From assembly GCA_965248575.1 (NCBI GenBank), contig CBDFJQ010000002.1:320001-384000 (forward strand): a DNA stretch of 64,000 nt, read 5' to 3'. A program made the position numbers and the translations under genes. The DNA is from Planctomycetota bacterium. Its GTDB lineage: Bacteria > Planctomycetota > B15-G4. Positions 59,993 to 64,000 of the stretch are shown here, piece after piece (the first letter of the stretch is position 1; each line of letters begins with the position of its first letter). The notes beneath the pieces were generated by a model. That model searched no databases and was not told the origin of the DNA. It saw nothing but the letters and a program-made list of their open reading frames with translations.

Positions 59993-60437
59993 TCCCGATT
60001 CACCGCCTGGGCAGGGAGCAGGCCCTGCCCTCGAGCGCCGCGAAGTGGGTGCCGGCATCGTGCTGAAGGCCGGGCGCGTGCTCGTGCAAACCCGGGCAGA
60101 ACCCGGCCGCTACCAAGGCTACTGGGAGTTCCCGGGCGGCGGCCGAGAGGAAGGCGAGAGCATCGAAGAGTGCACCTGCCGCGAACTCATGGAAGAGCTG
60201 GGCTTCGAGGTGCGCGTTCTGCGTCGCTTCGATCGCATGGAGTGGGAGTACCCCGGCGTGCAGGTTCGCGTGGACTTCATGCTCTGCGCGGCCGCTGACG
60301 ACCTGGCCCAGCCCGTGGCCCTGGAGGGGCAGGAGTTTCGCTGGGCCTCAGTGGACGAGCTTGCAGAGCTGCAGTTCCTGCCCGCGAATCTGCAGGTGCT
60401 GGAGAAGCTCCGGCTGCACCTCAGCCGCCCGGCGTGA
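59985..60437 (+). CDS. MutT-like NUDIX hydrolase
   Basis: Nudix box WEFPGGGREEGESIEECTCRELMEELG. Confidence 0.92.
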   Translation: MTDPDSPPGQGAGPALERREVGAGIVLKAGRVLVQTRAEPGRYQGYWEFPGGGREEGESIEECTCRELMEELGFEVRVLRRFDRMEWEYPGVQVRVDFMLCAAADDLAQPVALEGQEFRWASVDELAELQFLPANLQVLEKLRLHLSRPA

Positions 60438-62511
60438 TGTCCGGCAGGTAGAGCTCCACGTCAGACACAGCCTGGCCAGCCGAGACGAACACTTCGCGCT
60501 GGCTGCGCTGGGCATACATCAACTTCATGAGCGGGTTGATGGGCTTGGAGCCGATGCGATCCGGCTTGATCATCAAGGTGTACGTTCCCTCAGCGAGATT
60601 CTCGAAGAGGAAGCGGCCCTCGGAGTCGGTGGTGGCGGCGTCCAGGAACGCGCTCTTCTTGTTGGTGACCTGGATCTCGCAGAACGGGATGGCGCGGGCG
60701 TTGGAGTCCATGGCGAAGCCTGCGATGCCAGCGCTGCGGGGCAGGTGGATGGTCACCGATAAATTGCTTCCGACGGCATCATCCAGGACGACGACATTGT
60801 TGACGGTGGCCGGTGCATAGCTGGCGTGGGTGCTGGCCAGCTGATAGGTCCCTGCGCGTACGTTCGAGAAGGAGAACTGGCCCTTGCCGTCCGTGCGCGT
60901 CTGGATCTTGCGCTTGGAGGCTCCGCTCCCACCCAGTGCTGCAAAGATGCCCTGGATCGGGGAGTCGAGGTGGTTGTTAGCGTTCAGCTTGACGAGTGCG
61001 TTGGGCACCGCGGCTCCCAGCGTGTTGAGCACCTGGCCCGTCACAGTGCCCCCGAGGCCCATGGTGATGTTGACGATCGGCGCCGGGTCGTCCGTGCGGA
61101 TCACTGCGAAGGGCTCCGACCAACTCGGGGCCATCCCCTTGGCGCGCGCCTCGAGGGCGTAGCTGCCCGGGTCGAGGTTGTCGAACACGAACTGCCCGTC
61201 GGCGGCCGAGAAGTTGCGGGTGTCGTTGAGGAACATCGGATCGCGACCCTCAGCAGCTCGCATCAACGTCAAGGAGTAGCTGCGGATGGGCGACCCGGAA
61301 TGGTCGACCACGGCGCCTTCCACGTAGAGGCGCTGCTCCATCTCGATCAGCAGTTCGCCGTCGTCCACGTGGACCTTGGGGTTGACCTTGTTGGAGTACC
61401 CCTTTGCGGTCGCGCGCACCTGGTAGTACTGGTTGTCGCCCATGCCCTCGAGCAGGAAGAAGCCTGCCCTGTCGGAGTTGCTCAACGCCGTGCCTTGGTA
61501 GTCCTTCGTCAGGGAGGTCGCTTCGACGCGCACGTCGGGGATGGGGTTGCCCGATTCATCCACCACGCGGCCCGGCAGGCTCATGCCGTCTTTCAGGCTG
61601 AAGTCCACCGTGCGATCCGAGGCGCGGGCATCCAGCGCGAAGCTCAGCATGCGGGACTGGGATTCGAAGCCCGGAGCCTGGACGCGAACCTTGAGGCTGT
61701 TGGCGGAGACGTGTTCGAAGGAGTACTGGCCGTTGTTGTCAGAGAACACGATCTTCCACGGCAGGCGCTCGGCGGGCGGCAGCTGTACTGACGCAATGGC
61801 ATCGAAGAGCTCGATGCGCGCCTCGGCGATGGGGGAGCCGGTGGCCGAGGCGACGACTCCTTCGATCGTTGCGCCCGGCTCCATCCTCAGGACGATGCCG
61901 GTCAGGTCCCGGGCCACGGTGACATGCAGGTTGCCGAGCTCTGTCGTGGCGAAGTCGTCGTGTTCTCCGACCAGGATGAAGTCGCGTCCCACCGGCACGC
62001 TCAGCAATTCGAAGCTGCCGTCCTGTCCCGAGATCGTGCTGCTGTCCACCACCTTGCGCGAGCCGGCAAAGTTCACGTTCACCAACAAGGGGTTGCCCTT
62101 GTAGAGCTTGAGCTGGCAGTTGGCGACTGGCTGTCCGTTGTTGGAGATCACACGACCGCTGACCCGGCGCAGCATGGTGCCCACTTCGGCGACGAACTGG
62201 GCCTGGTTGGGTACGGGACGCAGGGAGACCGGCACATCCATGAGCTCTGGCTCTGACTCGATGTCCGGAACCTCCGGCACCTGCATGGGCGCGGTCTCGC
62301 GCACCACAACGGGGCCGTCGAGCGGGCCATCGCCTTCAACGGGCGTGGTCTCGCCTTCGAAGAGAAGCCAGATGGCTCCCCCCACGACCATCAGGACCAT
62401 GACGAGCACACCGGCCAGGATGGGAGAATTGGAATTCTTGCCGCGGGACGATCTCATGAGTTTTCTTGGACGTCGTCGAGGGGCGGAGACTTCCCGGTCG
62501 GTTGTGCTCAC
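60421..62511 (-). CDS. Membrane-anchored protein with carboxypeptidase-regulatory-like repeats
   Basis: N-terminal TM and repeated G.V.D..G.P...TD..G.F...L..G.Y units. Start is GTG 62511 or ATG 62457. Confidence 0.85.
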   Translation of the reverse strand: MSTTDREVSAPRRRPRKLMRSSRGKNSNSPILAGVLVMVLMVVGGAIWLLFEGETTPVEGDGPLDGPVVVRETAPMQVPEVPDIESEPELMDVPVSLRPVPNQAQFVAEVGTMLRRVSGRVISNNGQPVANCQLKLYKGNPLLVNVNFAGSRKVVDSSTISGQDGSFELLSVPVGRDFILVGEHDDFATTELGNLHVTVARDLTGIVLRMEPGATIEGVVASATGSPIAEARIELFDAIASVQLPPAERLPWKIVFSDNNGQYSFEHVSANSLKVRVQAPGFESQSRMLSFALDARASDRTVDFSLKDGMSLPGRVVDESGNPIPDVRVEATSLTKDYQGTALSNSDRAGFFLLEGMGDNQYYQVRATAKGYSNKVNPKVHVDDGELLIEMEQRLYVEGAVVDHSGSPIRSYSLTLMRAAEGRDPMFLNDTRNFSAADGQFVFDNLDPGSYALEARAKGMAPSWSEPFAVIRTDDPAPIVNITMGLGGTVTGQVLNTLGAAVPNALVKLNANNHLDSPIQGIFAALGGSGASKRKIQTRTDGKGQFSFSNVRAGTYQLASTHASYAPATVNNVVVLDDAVGSNLSVTIHLPRSAGIAGFAMDSNARAIPFCEIQVTNKKSAFLDAATTDSEGRFLFENLAEGTYTLMIKPDRIGSKPINPLMKLMYAQRSQREVFVSAGQAVSDVELYLPDITPGG

Positions 62512-62765
62512 GTCTCCGTGAGCGCCCGGCTGGGTCGTCAGGGGCAGGCTGGATGGCTGAACCTCACCATCCGGGCTGGATATCCTAGCCAACTGAAGGG
62601 GTTGGAGGGACCTCAGGGGCGGGTGCAGGGCGGAATGAGGGGGGCGGTGCATGCAGCTCCCCTTGGAGCTAACATCGGGCGCTGGCCCCTCGGGGCTTTT
62701 GTCCGATCAGTACTCGCTCGTGAATCGTCCGTCGACCTGCCGTCGACACTCTGGGGTTGCCTGTC

Positions 62766-63461
62766 ATGCCGATCTTCTTCCTGGGTCCTGGCTACATGCT
62801 CGTGATGCTGGCGGGGGGGCTCGTCATGGCTTGGGCTCAATGGCGTGTCCGCAGCGCCTTCAAGCGCTATTCGAACGTGCCTTCAGGGGCGGGGCTGACC
62901 GGCGCCCAGGTGGCCCGCCGTCTGCTGGATGCCGAACGGCTCTTCGACGTCCAGATCGAACGGACCTCTGGGCGGCTGGATGACCACTACGACCCCCGCG
63001 GCAAGGTCCTGCGTCTCTCCGAATCGGTTCACGACGGCAGCTCGCTGGCGTCGATTGGCGTGGCTGCCCACGAGATGGGCCACGCGCTCCAGCATGCCGA
63101 AGGCTACGCGCCCCTGAGCTTCAGGCAGGCTTTCTACCCCGTGGCCGCGTTCTCGTCCCGGTCCTGGAGCGTGCTGCTGATGATCGGTCTGATCGTGGGG
63201 TTCAGTCCGCTCGGGAAGGGCCTGTTGATCGCGGCTGCCATCGCCATGAGCCTCTACACGATCTTCGCGCTGGTCACGCTGCCGGTGGAGTTCGATGCCA
63301 GTCGTCGAGCCCTGCTGTTGCTGGAGAGCTCGCGGAACCTGAACGAGGAAGAGCTCGTGGGCGCCCGGAAGGTGTTGAGCGCTGCGGGCCTGACCTACGT
63401 CGCCAGCGCCTTCCAGACCGTCTTGACCCTGATGTACGTCGTGATGCGCACCCGGCAGTAG
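62766..63461 (+). CDS. YugP-like membrane zinc metallopeptidase (Zn_peptidase_2)
   Basis: DHYDP, VAAHEMGHALQH, TLPVEFDAS.RA and AA.LTYVA. Confidence 0.93.
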   Translation: MPIFFLGPGYMLVMLAGGLVMAWAQWRVRSAFKRYSNVPSGAGLTGAQVARRLLDAERLFDVQIERTSGRLDDHYDPRGKVLRLSESVHDGSSLASIGVAAHEMGHALQHAEGYAPLSFRQAFYPVAAFSSRSWSVLLMIGLIVGFSPLGKGLLIAAAIAMSLYTIFALVTLPVEFDASRRALLLLESSRNLNEEELVGARKVLSAAGLTYVASAFQTVLTLMYVVMRTRQ

Positions 63462-63467
63462 CTCTGC

Positions 63468-64000
63468 TCAGCGCGGGTGATTGCGGGCGCTGCGGTAGTG
63501 GTCGGCAAGCTCCGCGAAGTCGGCTGGAGGCTTGCATGACACCTTGAGTGGTTCGGTCGTCGCAGGGTGGGGGAAGCTGAGTCGTTCAGCGTGCAGCATG
63601 GCTCGACCTGCGGGCGGAGACTTGGGCGCTGAAGAGCCCCGATGTCGTCTGCCGAACTTGTCGTCGCCCAAGAGCGGATGACCCAGATGAGCCATGTGGA
63701 CCCGGATCTGGTTGTGCCGCCCAGTCTCCATCTGCACGCGAACCAGTGAAGCCTGTGAGCCTTGGGCGTCCCAGCTTTCGAGCACCTCGTAGCGAGTGAT
63801 GGCTCGCTTGCCGCTCCGATCGACCCGAGCGGTTGATCCTTGGTCCAGGATCGGGACATCGATGGTTGCCCGACTGGCCTGTGGCCGACCGCGGACGAGC
63901 GCCAGGTAGGTCTTCTCCACCTGACGTTTGCGAAACAGGGCCTCCATCTCGGCGCGCAGACTGCGGTCGAGATTGAGCAGCAGGACCCCGCTCGTGTCCT
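63468..64000 (-). CDS. RluA/RluD-family pseudouridine synthase (5' part outside the window)
   Basis: DTSGVLLL at the window edge, K.Y.A.V.G, TGRHNQIRVH...GHPLLGD and LHA..L.FPHP. Confidence 0.93.
   Translation of the reverse strand, partial: DTSGVLLLNLDRSLRAEMEALFRKRQVEKTYLALVRGRPQASRATIDVPILDQGSTARVDRSGKRAITRYEVLESWDAQGSQASLVRVQMETGRHNQIRVHMAHLGHPLLGDDKFGRRHRGSSAPKSPPAGRAMLHAERLSFPHPATTEPLKVSCKPPADFAELADHYRSARNHPR

Overview
A 64 kb high-GC bacterial chromosomal segment made up mostly of core genes. The gene set points to Planctomycetota, which is an inference from the groL-groS-groL-dnaJ-grpE operon, a DUF1570-like zincin, carboxypeptidase-regulatory-like repeat proteins, an NPCBM-like protein and an STK with HEAT repeats. 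I saw no integrase, transposase, prophage or CRISPR array. Recognisable content includes tRNA-Pro(GGG), two chaperone clusters, yidC and mnmE, nrdR and smc, an LPS/heptose cluster (lipid A acyltransferase, hldE, waaF) and RNA-modification enzymes. The most notable observations are: (1) a hidden exported thioredoxin/TlpA-like selenoprotein that the ORF track splits at an in-frame TGA in a W-U-G-P-C motif (21209-22189); (2) an apparent nrdR, degenerate NrdD-like gene and smc operon preceded by tandem NrdR boxes over a sigma70-like promoter; (3) a tandemly duplicated cassette of a small secreted beta-protein plus a secreted zincin, next to two membrane glycosyltransferase-like genes; (4) an archaeal/eukaryotic-type (type II) methionine aminopeptidase; (5) a divergent Hsp70 with its own GrpE-like partner; (6) several probable pseudo-enzymes; and (7) a hairpin-rich intergenic region after smc. 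All family assignments come from motif recognition by eye; no database searches were run.
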